Of a stretch of DNA of 43,673 nucleotides, positions 1-9,370 are shown piece after piece. How positions within the stretch are numbered: position 1 is the stretch's first letter; each line of letters opens with the position of its first letter. The DNA is from a candidate division WOR-3 bacterium (lineage in GTDB: Bacteria > Hydrothermota > Hydrothermia > LBFQ01). The translations under genes were made by a program, and so were the position numbers. The notes under the pieces are model-generated. The model searched no databases. It was not told where the DNA came from and worked only from the letters and a program-made list of their open reading frames with translations. Where the stretch lies: assembly GCA_027050205.1 (NCBI GenBank), contig JALUCS010000063.1, forward strand, positions 1-43,673, in the 5' to 3' direction.

Positions 1-2
1 GA

Positions 3-113
3 AAGGTTAGGAAAGAACCTTGGATTGATGGTTGGCATTTCCGTCCTCTTACTAAACGACAGAAAACTCTCTTTGAGAAACTGGGGTTGTTGGAGATCAT
101 AGGGTTTAATTGA
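3..113 (+). CDS. 3' end of an ORF entering from the left edge, possibly a DDE transposase C-terminus
   Basis: Frame 3 is open from the edge: KVRKEPWIDGWHFRPLTKRQKTLFEKLGLLEIIGFN*. The 'TKRQKTLFEKLG' segment resembles IS1634/IS4-type transposase tails. Only 36 codons are visible. Confidence 0.3.
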   Translation, partial: KVRKEPWIDGWHFRPLTKRQKTLFEKLGLLEIIGFN

Positions 114-968
114 GGAGTTTGGGTTTCAATTTTTGGAGGGACAGATGACTTCTTCCCCCTATCGGCGTAGTACCTAAATTAACACTAAAAATTGCACATT
201 TTACATACTTTTTCAAATAATTTTGTATCTTTCCGCATTTTTACCCGTGATCCAAAGATGGGGAAGTGATGTTAGAAGCCCTATGCATATTCGTCCGGCG
301 GATAGGCCTTTCTATCAGCTCAATACCGACGGATGGGGCCTCACATCCCTGCCCAGCGCAACTTCGGACGATGGATTTTCTACCGGCCAAGGTTAACTCA
401 TCCTCCGAGGGTTCGTTAAAACGGCACGCCCCGAATCCAAATCCGGATGAGCGATTTCCCGGCTAAACGTTCGGGGTAGGCAATAGGGGATGTTGTGAAA
501 ATCCTTAATGGAGATTGTGAGAATCTTGATTAAAGTTCAACTTGTGAGCTTCTACTGATGGAGTGGTGATTATCTTATAGTCCCATCAAACTGGTAAGAC
601 CCTGCGAATTATTCCACCGTAGGGCTGCGTCCGAATCATCCGATTCTCAATAGGTAGCTGGCGACCTCCGTTTGGAACCAAGTTCCGGAAGGATTGAAAG
701 CGATGTCGCTCAAAACCGTGCAACGGGAGCTGAAGTGCGACCATCAGTTTATTGAAGTCAGATTTTCGGTTTTTGAAGGTAGTAGAGTATCGGTTAGAAT
801 GTCCTCCTATCGGTGTAATACCACTTTTAGTCATTATAATGCAAGTTTAGCTAACAAGTCTAACTTCGGTTTTTGAAAGTAGAGAACCCCGTATCCTTAT
901 TATTGTAATACATAATTTGAACAAAAATCTGTGTTATACCAGAGTTTAATTTCAAAATTTTATCATCT

Positions 969-1007
969 TATCCCATCATATGTGGGAAAGTGTAAAAAGG
1001 GCGATAC
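969..1007. promoter_or_regulatory. Degenerate copy of the 39-bp palindromic element
   Basis: TATCCCATCATATGTGGGAAAGTGTAAAAAGGGCGATAC has the same length as the 2580 and 40284 copies and a similar right arm. It lies upstream of TATAAT at 1050. Confidence 0.35.
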
Positions 1008-1062
1008 CCTGCTGTGAGATACATCGGACAATAAACCCCACCTCTCCCCTATAATCGCGGAT

Positions 1063-1833
1063 GTGAGGATGGCCCTGGTACCCTCCCGTATTCCGGGGGT
1101 GGATTACGTCATCAACCCCTACATCGGTTGCGGCTTCGGGTGTAAGTTCTGCTACGCCAACTATATGGCCAGGGCCGTAGGGAGGAGGCCGGAGGAGTGG
1201 GGGAGTTTCGTCGTACCCAAGTCTCACCTTCTATCTGCCCTCGTGCGTCAGCTCCGAAAACCTTGGCACTTCTACGGCAAGTACATCCTCATCGGTTCGG
1301 CCACCGACCCCTACCAGCCCTTGGAAGCGAGGGTTGGCCTGACGCGGGAGGTCCTCCGGATCATCTTGAAGCTCGCCCCGAATTTGAGGGTGGGCATCCT
1401 AACCCGCTCGTCCCTCGTCCTAAGGGACGTTCCCCTCCTTCGCCAACTGAAGGCAGACGTCGGCATAAGCGTCTCCGTTTTGAGGGACGAGTACTTCCGG
1501 GAGGTGGAGCCTAAGTCCCCTCCCCTGCGGGTCCGTCTCAACGTCCTCAAGATGCTGAAGGAGGCGGGCCTTGAGCCTTACGTCTTCCTCGCCCCCATCT
1601 TCCCGGATACTCTGGACATCTTGGGCGATGTGTTGGAGGAGATTAAGGCCCTACGGGTCCAAGTCAGGTACGCCGAGCTGCTCTCCCCCTTCAAGAACCC
1701 GAACCTCCGGACCCTAAGAGCTTTCCCCCGCTGGGTGCGACTCATAAGGGAGGGAGGGCTATACGCCAAGTTTTACGGGATACTGCGAGCGCACTATCCG
1801 GAGGTTGAGGTGATACGGCACGGATGGGCTTAG
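1063..1833 (+). CDS. Radical SAM protein, spore-photoproduct-lyase-like (Rv2578c/SplB-related)
   Basis: INPYIGCGFGCKFCYA (CxxxCxxC) and GSATDPYQPLE motifs. Start may be ATG 1069. Confidence 0.85.
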   Translation: MRMALVPSRIPGVDYVINPYIGCGFGCKFCYANYMARAVGRRPEEWGSFVVPKSHLLSALVRQLRKPWHFYGKYILIGSATDPYQPLEARVGLTREVLRIILKLAPNLRVGILTRSSLVLRDVPLLRQLKADVGISVSVLRDEYFREVEPKSPPLRVRLNVLKMLKEAGLEPYVFLAPIFPDTLDILGDVLEEIKALRVQVRYAELLSPFKNPNLRTLRAFPRWVRLIREGGLYAKFYGILRAHYPEVEVIRHGWA

Positions 1834-1843
1834 AATACCTTCG

Positions 1844-2425
1844 TTGCCTCTGACCTTTGACCACCTCGCCCCTATCTACGACCACTTTATGCTCCCCTTT
1901 GAGAGGGGGGTCTTAAAGAGGTGGAGGGAGATGCTCTGGAAAGACGTTAAAGGGAAGAGGATTCTGGAGGTGGGCGTAGGGACGGGGGCGAACTTACCGT
2001 TCTACCCGAAAGGGGTTGAGGTGTTCGGTTTGGACAGGAGCCGCAAGATGCTCCTTAAGGCCAAGGGGAAGGGTCTGGATAGGCTCGTATTGGGTGAGAT
2101 TGAGGCTCTACCGTTTGCCAGTGGGATGTTTGACGGTGTGGTCTCCACCTTCGTATTCTGCTCCGTAAGGGATCCCCTCCGGGGGCTTGGGGAGATAAGG
2201 AGGGTATTGAGGGAGGGCGGTCGTCTCTATATGTTGGAGCATGTACGTCCCGAAGACTTCAAAGGCCCCATCTTTGACCTCCTGAACCCTATAACCGTCC
2301 TCGTAATGGAGGAGTACATAAACCGCCGGACCCACACCCTCGTATCAAATGCGAGCTTCTCCATCCTCAAGGAGGTGAAACTGACATCCGATGGTCTCTT
2401 CCGGTACATCGTGGCCCAGAAATAA
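1844..2425 (+). CDS. Class I SAM-dependent methyltransferase (UbiE/Methyltransf_11-like)
   Basis: ILEVGVGTG motif I, LPFASGMFDGVVSTFVFCSV, LEHV. TAGAAT lies 7 nt before the TTG start. Confidence 0.85.
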   Translation: MPLTFDHLAPIYDHFMLPFERGVLKRWREMLWKDVKGKRILEVGVGTGANLPFYPKGVEVFGLDRSRKMLLKAKGKGLDRLVLGEIEALPFASGMFDGVVSTFVFCSVRDPLRGLGEIRRVLREGGRLYMLEHVRPEDFKGPIFDLLNPITVLVMEEYINRRTHTLVSNASFSILKEVKLTSDGLFRYIVAQK

Positions 2426-2579
2426 AATAATTTTTATTTACTACGAAATACCTAATTTTCTTAATTATGTCAGAAATTTGCGGAAACGTCGTCATAGGAC
2501 CGTTAGAACGATAAAGAACCTCCAAGGCTCAAAGCCGCTGCGATACGTTATCACCTTTACGGACTTACAATACGTTTTT

Positions 2580-2618
2580 TGTCTCACCTTTACAGGTATT
2601 TATGAAAAAGTGAGACAC
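2580..2618. promoter_or_regulatory. 39-bp imperfect palindrome upstream of the cas10 promoter
   Basis: TGTCTCACCTTTACA-N8-TGAAAAAGTGAGACA (13/15 arm match); 34/39 identical to 40284-40322. Confidence 0.6.
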
Positions 2619-2665
2619 ACTTAGAGTGATATACGAACCTGTTCCAACAAAGTGCATCTCAACCG

Positions 2666-2671
2666 TATAAT
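2666..2671 (+). promoter_or_regulatory. -10 box (TATAAT) of the cmr operon, leaderless type
   Basis: TATAAT 8 nt upstream of ATG 2680, with no SD sequence. Confidence 0.6.
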
Positions 2672-2679
2672 GCCCTTTC

Positions 2680-5358
2680 ATGCTCACACTAAACGATGTG
2701 AAGTATGCCTTGAAACAGTTAGGACTGTCGCCGGATAATGGGGATAATGTAATTGACCGCTCCGTAAGGATAGCCCTCGCCCTTGACTTCATAATAGGGG
2801 AGGAGAGTAAGGGAGACGGTAAATGGCTCAACCCGTTTAATATAGGAGGCAGCAGTGCGGAGAGGCCCAAAAGTGTATCCGTTAATGCGGATGACGTTAA
2901 GAAGTTCATAGAGAAGTACGGGGAAAATCCCCTCTTCGTCTGGAGGTTCCTGCCCGAAGCCCACCCCAAAGTCCTTGAAGCCACCGTCGTCCCTATGTAT
3001 AACCACTCCTTCTACGACCTCTTATTCCTCTCCTTGGCCATAGGGAACATTCTTAAAGATGGGGACAAGCCCGCCTTCCTCCTCTTCACCCTCGGCCCCG
3101 TCCAACGGTTCATAAGCACCGCCCGAAAGACCTCCGACCTCTGGGCGGGGAGCTACCTCCTCTCCTACCTGACCTGGACGGCCATCCGGTACGTCGTAGA
3201 AACGTGGGGACCGGAAAACGTCGTATTCCCCAACCTCCTCCGCCAACCCCTAATGGACCTCTATCTAGAGAACTCGCTGGGGAACCTTTTGGGCGAAAAG
3301 GTCGGAGATAAGACGGCGAAGGAAATACTGCAGGAAAACACCGGGCTTGACAGGGTCACCATCGCCAATATGCCGAACAGGCTGTTTGCTATAGTGCCTT
3401 ACGGGGAGGCCACGAGCGACAAGGAGAAAGGGGAGTGGGAGAGAAGGGTTAAGGACGAGATAGTGCGGATAGGTAGGGAGACCTTGAGGCAGATAGAAGA
3501 TAAACTATCCGAACAGCCGGGGTGGGACAAATCGGTATGGGACAAGTGTCAGGTGCAGGAGAAGTTGATGGAGGCCCTCCTGAACCACTTCCAGACGTTC
3601 TGGGTCGTTGTGCCATGGTGGGGGGATGGGAACGAGGAGAATATTGACGACATTATGGAGGATTATAGGCAACTTGTTGTAAATGGTTCAGATAACGGTC
3701 AAAATCCTAACAAAAACCATCATAACTCCGAAAGTAGCAAAAGTACGTATGAGACCATACAGGAGGTTATAAATGTTCTAAAAAGAATCAGGAAAAAGCC
3801 CAACGTCGGATACGCTTACCCCCTGCTCTACGAGGCGACGGAGAGGTTCCTCGCGGCCCGGAAGTCCGTAAGGGACTTTGAGGACGTGGTTAGCTCGGCC
3901 GAACACAAGTGTTCCCTGTGCGGTGAGTACGACCCCCTCCCCCTTGGCGATGGGTGGGCAGAACTCCCGAAGGGCTGGGTCTCCCACGATGGACAGAGGA
4001 CGGAGAGGTTGTGCGGTGTGTGTATGACCAAGCGGCTCTTTCCGATAACCTTCGGGAGCATCGTAGGTGTGGAAGTTCTGGGAGAGGAGATCAAATACCC
4101 CTCAACGTCGGAGATGGCCGCCACCCTGTACAAGGCGAGGATACCGGATGAAAATGCCAGACGTATAAAGGAGTCTCTGAAGAAAACCATCAAAACCGAG
4201 GAACTGGAAAAGGCGACGAGTGTTCCCAAGTTGAAGGCTCACCCCCTTAGCAACATAGACGGCCAGTGGTTCGTAAAGGAAACCTACAGGGAAGACTACG
4301 TCAAAAATGCGTATAACTGGGAAAGGGAAGGCCTAACCCCACCCACCCAAGGTGAGTTAGATGCTCTATGGGAGGAGATCCGGGACCTCTTGAGGAAAGC
4401 CCAAAACAAAAAGAGACACGATGAGGTGGAACCTCCCCCCACGTACTACGCCATCCTTATGATGGACGGGGACAATATGGGGAGGTGGTTAGGGGGTGAG
4501 TATATGGGGTACGTTGAAGATTTCCTTTCCGAGCCTTTGAAGGAGAAACTACGGAAGGATAAGGATTTGTCCTCCATCCTCCACTCCCGCCACCCTATGA
4601 CCCCCGCCCTCCACGGCACCTTCTCCCGTCTCCTTGGTGAGTTCGCCTTGGACGAGGTCCGGTGCAGGGTTGAAAACAACTATGGCGCCCTCATATACGC
4701 TGGAGGGGATGACGTCCTCGCCCTGTTGCCGGCGAAGATGGCCCTGAAGACCGCACGGGAACTAAGGGAGGCCTACAGGGACACCCTGTCCAAAAGGGCG
4801 GATATGAGCGGAGGACTTGTCTTCGTCCATCACAAGTACCCCCTTAGTCTCGCCCTTGAGGAGGTCAGGGATGCCGAGAAGAAGGCCAAACGGCTATACA
4901 ACAGGGGGAGCCTATACATCAAGTTCATAAAGCGCTCTGGTGAAGTCAGGGAGATGGGCATAAAGTGGAGATACCTTGAGGAGTTTGAGAAGTTGGTTTG
5001 CGACTACGCTCATGACAAGATAACCAAGAGGTTCGGCTACGAGTTGGGCCGGCTCTTCAACGAACTTTTCCTGACGGAGAGGGAAAAAGATGAGGACCAA
5101 AAGGAACTGGATAAGGAGCTAAAGAAGGTTATAAGGGGAGAGTTTAAGAGGCTCCTCGGCCGTAAGCAAAAGGTAGATGCCGACGTCCTCAAGAGGGCGA
5201 AGAGGTTCCTGGATATCTATGCGAAACTGGACAGAGATGAATGTAAGGATAAACACGAAAATGAATGCGAGGAGGAACGTTCCCATCACCGCCACCTCCC
5301 GAACGTCTTCATAATAGCGAGCCTGATAGCGACCGAATCCGAAGGAGGGAAAAGTTGA
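2680..5358 (+). CDS. cas10: Type III-B Cas10/Cmr2
   Basis: LGPVQRFISTARKTSDLWAGSYLLS Cmr2 signature, CxxC pairs (CSLC, CGVC), MMDGDNMG and YAGGDD palm motifs. Confidence 0.96.
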   Translation: MLTLNDVKYALKQLGLSPDNGDNVIDRSVRIALALDFIIGEESKGDGKWLNPFNIGGSSAERPKSVSVNADDVKKFIEKYGENPLFVWRFLPEAHPKVLEATVVPMYNHSFYDLLFLSLAIGNILKDGDKPAFLLFTLGPVQRFISTARKTSDLWAGSYLLSYLTWTAIRYVVETWGPENVVFPNLLRQPLMDLYLENSLGNLLGEKVGDKTAKEILQENTGLDRVTIANMPNRLFAIVPYGEATSDKEKGEWERRVKDEIVRIGRETLRQIEDKLSEQPGWDKSVWDKCQVQEKLMEALLNHFQTFWVVVPWWGDGNEENIDDIMEDYRQLVVNGSDNGQNPNKNHHNSESSKSTYETIQEVINVLKRIRKKPNVGYAYPLLYEATERFLAARKSVRDFEDVVSSAEHKCSLCGEYDPLPLGDGWAELPKGWVSHDGQRTERLCGVCMTKRLFPITFGSIVGVEVLGEEIKYPSTSEMAATLYKARIPDENARRIKESLKKTIKTEELEKATSVPKLKAHPLSNIDGQWFVKETYREDYVKNAYNWEREGLTPPTQGELDALWEEIRDLLRKAQNKKRHDEVEPPPTYYAILMMDGDNMGRWLGGEYMGYVEDFLSEPLKEKLRKDKDLSSILHSRHPMTPALHGTFSRLLGEFALDEVRCRVENNYGALIYAGGDDVLALLPAKMALKTARELREAYRDTLSKRADMSGGLVFVHHKYPLSLALEEVRDAEKKAKRLYNRGSLYIKFIKRSGEVREMGIKWRYLEEFEKLVCDYAHDKITKRFGYELGRLFNELFLTEREKDEDQKELDKELKKVIRGEFKRLLGRKQKVDADVLKRAKRFLDIYAKLDRDECKDKHENECEEERSHHRHLPNVFIIASLIATESEGGKS

Positions 5359-6476
5359 AACTCCTTGAGTACAAATCGGTGGTGAAGCTGAAAACGATAA
5401 CCCCCCTCTTTATGTACGGGGCGACCGACCAGAGAGCGGAGATAAGGGCGGCGAGCATAAAGGGTGTTATGCGGTGGTGGTGGAGGGCAGTAAAGGCTTA
5501 CACCAATACGAAGAATCTCTTTGAAAAGGAGAGCGAAATTTTCGGCTTCGCGGATAGCGGGGCCTCCAAGGTTCGGCTGGAAGTATGGCCGTCCATCTGG
5601 CTAGAATTAGAAAGGAAGAAAGAAAGGAAGAATTTAGGGAATGGAAAATTGGAGATTGGAATTATTGATAAATTTAATAAAAAATCTAAAAACAATTCTG
5701 ATTGTATAAAATTCGGAAAAGAGTATATAGGTATATCTTATCTATTTTACCCTCAGGCTATGATAGTCCGAAAAGGTAAAACTATTTACTGCATTCCTCC
5801 CAATACGGAGTTCTCCCTCGTCCTAAGGTCAAGGTATAAGGACAAACTTGACAAGGCCCTTGCGTCCCTCTGGTGCGCCGTATGGTTCGGGGGATTCGGT
5901 AGGAGGAGCCGGAGGGGAGGGGGGAATTTGACTTTCCTGCCAGTAGTAGAAGAAGAAAACTACCGTCCGGAGGGTCTGGACTTCGTATTCAACGGCTCTG
6001 GAATGCAGGGTTTCCGGCATTGGCTTGAACGGAACTTTAGAGTCTGTCGCAACCTTCTAAGCGGTTCGGAGAGAACGGATAAGTACTCCAACATCTCAAA
6101 GCTTCGGGTGGTGATCAGCCAGCGGGGTTTTAGAGAGTGGCATGAGGCTTTGAACGATATAGGGAAGATGTTTTACAATTTTAGAAGGCACACAGATCAT
6201 AGAGCGAACTGTATTTTTGGCCTTCCTCATAAGTACTCAATGACATGCACCGGTCCTCCCTCGCGGAATCAGGGAGATCCAATAAATAGAAGAGCCTCGC
6301 CCGTGATAATAAAGGTTGTTAAGGTGGGCGATAGATTCCACTGGATGGTTTTGAGGCTGAACGGGAAATTCCTGCCCGATAGAAGAGGGGACTTTAGACC
6401 CATAGACAACTTCTGGACGGAGATACGACCGCATGGAATTGAGATAAAAGAAAGGAGGGTAGCCTATGAGAGATGA
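5355..6476 (+). CDS. cmr1: Type III-B RAMP Cmr1 (copy 1)
   Basis: TITPLFMYGA, EIRAASIKGVMRWWWRA, GGFGRRSRRGGG, RASP. Likely TTG start at 5355 overlapping the cas10 stop, with GGAGG upstream. Confidence 0.9.
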   Translation: MKLLEYKSVVKLKTITPLFMYGATDQRAEIRAASIKGVMRWWWRAVKAYTNTKNLFEKESEIFGFADSGASKVRLEVWPSIWLELERKKERKNLGNGKLEIGIIDKFNKKSKNNSDCIKFGKEYIGISYLFYPQAMIVRKGKTIYCIPPNTEFSLVLRSRYKDKLDKALASLWCAVWFGGFGRRSRRGGGNLTFLPVVEEENYRPEGLDFVFNGSGMQGFRHWLERNFRVCRNLLSGSERTDKYSNISKLRVVISQRGFREWHEALNDIGKMFYNFRRHTDHRANCIFGLPHKYSMTCTGPPSRNQGDPINRRASPVIIKVVKVGDRFHWMVLRLNGKFLPDRRGDFRPIDNFWTEIRPHGIEIKERRVAYER

Positions 6477-7737
6477 ATACACCTTTAACCTGCGGGTTAT
6501 AACGCCCCTATTTATGGACGGGGCGAATCACGAGCCGGAGATAAGGACCCAGAGCCTTAACGGTGTGTTCAGGTGGTGGTTCCGGGTTGCCGGGGGAAGT
6601 AGGGAGGATGAAGAACGTATTTTCGGCTCCGCTAGCGATGCAAGGGGGCGTAGGGGTCTGGTGAATCTGGCTCTAAAACCACAAAATGGCGATGAACGTA
6701 CATCAATTTTGAAACCCGATAGATATACTATCCGTACCAGAGCGTTTGAAAAGCGATTTAACAGGAAGGGTTATGTTATAACCGGCTCCGGATGGAATTA
6801 CCTCGGATTCTCCCTTGATCAACGTTTTAAGAGAGATCAAGACCGTCCGAAGCGAAGTTATATAGTTGAAGACGAAAGATTCGCGCTTGAGGTATCCTTC
6901 CATCCTTTAGCCCGCGAAGACGACAAAAAGAAGTTCTTCGCAGCGATGTGGTTGGCGTTCAATCTGGGGAACTTCGGGGCGAGAGCGAGGAGAGGGTTCG
7001 GGTCTATCGGGGTGGAGGGTGTGGAAAAGAACCCCAGCCCCTTTGGTTTAAGGTTTATGCCAAATGCAGGGGAAGATTTTGAGGAGTGGTTAAGGGAGAG
7101 CTTGGAAAAGATAAGGAAAATATTCGGTGGAAAGTGTAGAGGGAGTGGAGAAAGTAGACCGTGCATTTGGGACGAGAGCAACTTGGTTATTTACCGCATT
7201 GTAAGAACGAGAAATTATAGAAATTGGGTGAGAAACATACAAAGAGGCAGAAGAGGGAGATACCTAATTTCCACATGGCAACCGAATACTTCGCATCAGA
7301 TGTTGGACTTCATGGGCTTCCTCCTCGCAGCTTATAGGAGCTACTATCAACCCGATCATGACGAGGTTATGAACGCCCTACAAACAAATCACGTTGGAGC
7401 TATAACCGTAGAAAAGTCCATCTTCGGCCTTCCTTTGCAGTACTTTTACAGCTCTTTGCCCAGAGGAAGGCAGTCAGCCAGTGTTGTAGGTCGTAGAGGT
7501 GAGGAGGATTTACGCTTCGCATCCCCTTTGATCATTAAGATTTCAAGGCTGCCAAATTCGGATGCACATTTGGGGATGTTCGTATTGATAAGAAGACCTG
7601 TACCTAAAAAGTTAGCATTGAAAAGAAAAGGGAAACTTCTCTCCGAGGTAAATATGGCAAGCGACCAATGGGAACCTATTACCCATTTCCTTGAAACTTT
7701 ACAGGGCCACGATATAGCAAGGAGGATATACCCATGA
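6466..7737 (+). CDS. cmr1: Type III-B RAMP Cmr1 (copy 2)
   Basis: VITPLFMDGA, EIRTQSLNGVFRWWFR, GNFGARARRGFGS, FGLP, RFASP. Confidence 0.9.
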   Translation: MRDEYTFNLRVITPLFMDGANHEPEIRTQSLNGVFRWWFRVAGGSREDEERIFGSASDARGRRGLVNLALKPQNGDERTSILKPDRYTIRTRAFEKRFNRKGYVITGSGWNYLGFSLDQRFKRDQDRPKRSYIVEDERFALEVSFHPLAREDDKKKFFAAMWLAFNLGNFGARARRGFGSIGVEGVEKNPSPFGLRFMPNAGEDFEEWLRESLEKIRKIFGGKCRGSGESRPCIWDESNLVIYRIVRTRNYRNWVRNIQRGRRGRYLISTWQPNTSHQMLDFMGFLLAAYRSYYQPDHDEVMNALQTNHVGAITVEKSIFGLPLQYFYSSLPRGRQSASVVGRRGEEDLRFASPLIIKISRLPNSDAHLGMFVLIRRPVPKKLALKRKGKLLSEVNMASDQWEPITHFLETLQGHDIARRIYP

Positions 7738-7757
7738 TCAAACTTACCGTAGAGCCT
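7734..7757 (+). repeat. Direct repeat, left copy (duplicated cmr3 5' end)
   Basis: ATGATCAAACTTACCGTAGAGCCT matches 9371-9394 at 23/24. It is preceded by GGAGG and overlaps the cmr1 stop (ATGA). Confidence 0.9.
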
Positions 7758-7817
7758 GAAGCCGCCCGCTCCCGTACCGCTTTCAGAGGCCTGAACGGGC
7801 TTAAAATAGGGAGATGA
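7734..7817 (+). pseudogene. 27-aa cmr3-remnant peptide that couples into the endonuclease gene
   Basis: MIKLTVEPEAARSRTAFRGLNGLKIGR*. The first 8 aa equal the Cmr3 N-terminus, and its TGA (7815-7817) overlaps ATG 7814. Confidence 0.6.
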
Positions 7818-8473
7818 ACAGAGAACTGGAGAGCATCGTCAAAGCCTACGCTACGTTGGACACTAAAGGTTTCGTTTCTGAACTAAATAAAAGATCAAAA
7901 CCTACCCTTATAGGGGTAATATCAGACTTAATGACGGCCTATATGAACGATCTAAATTCGTCATTTTTAAGAGAACTCGTAACGGTATCGTTGGCAGGAT
8001 ACTCTCATATAGAAAAGAAGGTAGGATATAACGGAATGCGGCACAACACATATGGAAAACCTGAATACTGTGAAGCTAAACCCCAAAACGTTAGACTTGA
8101 TGGAAGAAGGAAGCTAAACGGTGGTGGAAGTTTCAACGATTACACGTGGGAGAGGTTCAGAAAGGATGAGCGGGAGAACCCTAATATACTTACCAGCGGC
8201 TTTGTTGAGGGTAAGCTCGTTTTTATCTACGAATTCCCTTTTTTCTGCATAAAGGAGCGTTTAAGGGAACAGTTGAAGAGAAGATTCCCGGACGGCGATA
8301 TTCCCGGCCAGTATCTGCGCAGTGCATCCTTTACGTTTAAACATTATAAAGACTGCTCCGACCTAAGGAACGTCTTCGTAGTACCAACGCCGAAGCTTAT
8401 GGAGTACCGTAGATACATAACCCGCCCGCTCTTTGAGGCCCTCTTAAAGGAGAGTGAGAAGATATGGAAGTAA
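7814..8473 (+). CDS. Putative type II restriction endonuclease (PD-(D/E)xK-like)
   Basis: 219 aa with a YCEAK (ExK-type) motif; overlaps the downstream DNA methyltransferase. Confidence 0.65.
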   Translation: MNRELESIVKAYATLDTKGFVSELNKRSKPTLIGVISDLMTAYMNDLNSSFLRELVTVSLAGYSHIEKKVGYNGMRHNTYGKPEYCEAKPQNVRLDGRRKLNGGGSFNDYTWERFRKDERENPNILTSGFVEGKLVFIYEFPFFCIKERLREQLKRRFPDGDIPGQYLRSASFTFKHYKDCSDLRNVFVVPTPKLMEYRRYITRPLFEALLKESEKIWK

Positions 8474-9369
8474 ATGACTCCCTCCTCCCCTTCCTTAACC
8501 AAGTCATAGAAGGAGACGTCCTTGAAATTCTAAGGCAACTTCCCTCCGACAGCATAGACCTCGGCATCACCTCCCCACCCTACAACAAAAAGGAAAAGAA
8601 TAAGGGTTGGCTAGTGGATAGGGTAATATACAAGGGAGCGAGGGATAAGATGCCCGAAGAGGAGTATCAGAGGTGGCAGGTTGAGGTCCTGAACGAACTC
8701 TATCGTGTCATAAAGCCCGGAGGCTCCTTCTTCTACAACCACAAACTCCGCTGGGAGAGGGGCAGGATGCTCCACCCTATGGACTGGCTGCGCAGGACGA
8801 AGTGGGTAATAAGACAGGAGATAATCTGGGACAGGATGATAGCAGCCAACCTTAGAGGTTGGAGGTTCTGGCAGGTTGAGGAGAGAATCTATTGGCTCTA
8901 CAAACCGGAAGGCGGAAACCTCATAGGTAAGGAGTTGGAGTCCCGCCACGCCCTCCTGACGTCCATCTGGAGGATACCCCCGGAGAGGGACAACCCCCAT
9001 CCGGCCCCCTTTCCTGTTGCCCTCCCCACCCGGATAATCTACTCCATCCTCGGAGACGAGAGGGGGAAGGTCGTACTGGACCCCTTCTGCGGTAGCGGTA
9101 CCACGTTGGTGGCAGCCAAACTCCTCGGCCACCATTACATCGGCATAGACATCTCCCCGGAGTACGTGGAGTACGCCCGCAGACGCCTTGAGAGGGCCGA
9201 GAGGGAGCGGGGGAAGGTGTTGGAGGAGGTCAGTAAGCACGTCGTCAGGAAGACGTTCAAGGAGAGGAAGGAGCGGGGGGAGTTCGTGGGTAGGTATAGG
9301 GGCAACGCGAAGGGGCGCTCCCTCTTTGATAAGATAAAAGGAGGTGGAGATGCTTTCCGTAAAGGATAA
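8464..9369 (+). CDS. Site-specific DNA amino-methyltransferase (N4-C/N6-A, beta class)
   Basis: ITSPPY catalytic motif N-terminal, HPAPFP, and VLDPFCGSGTT SAM motif C-terminal. Confidence 0.93.
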   Translation: MEVNDSLLPFLNQVIEGDVLEILRQLPSDSIDLGITSPPYNKKEKNKGWLVDRVIYKGARDKMPEEEYQRWQVEVLNELYRVIKPGGSFFYNHKLRWERGRMLHPMDWLRRTKWVIRQEIIWDRMIAANLRGWRFWQVEERIYWLYKPEGGNLIGKELESRHALLTSIWRIPPERDNPHPAPFPVALPTRIIYSILGDERGKVVLDPFCGSGTTLVAAKLLGHHYIGIDISPEYVEYARRRLERAERERGKVLEEVSKHVVRKTFKERKERGEFVGRYRGNAKGRSLFDKIKGGGDAFRKG

Positions 9370-9370
9370 G

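Noticed and set aside
114..1060. Short ORFs or a CRISPR array in the left gap
   Set aside because: No regular repeat-spacer period; the ORFs lack motifs and host-like codon usage.
1063..2425. SAM-using genes beside cas10 suggesting SAM-AMP signalling
   Set aside because: Both are generic families with their own promoters. No CorA, NrN/DEDD or SAM lyase is present, and Csx1/Csx3 point to cA4.
2551..2593. TCACCTTTAC repeated at 2551 and 2584 as a mini CRISPR array
   Set aside because: Only 10 bp and two copies; the second is part of the palindromic element.
5265..5354. ORF-track N-terminal extensions (cmr1 5265, cmr5 11360, gltX 16347, ABC ATPase 20594, roadblock 26211)
   Set aside because: They overlap upstream genes or promoters; SD or -10 positions and family N-termini support later starts.
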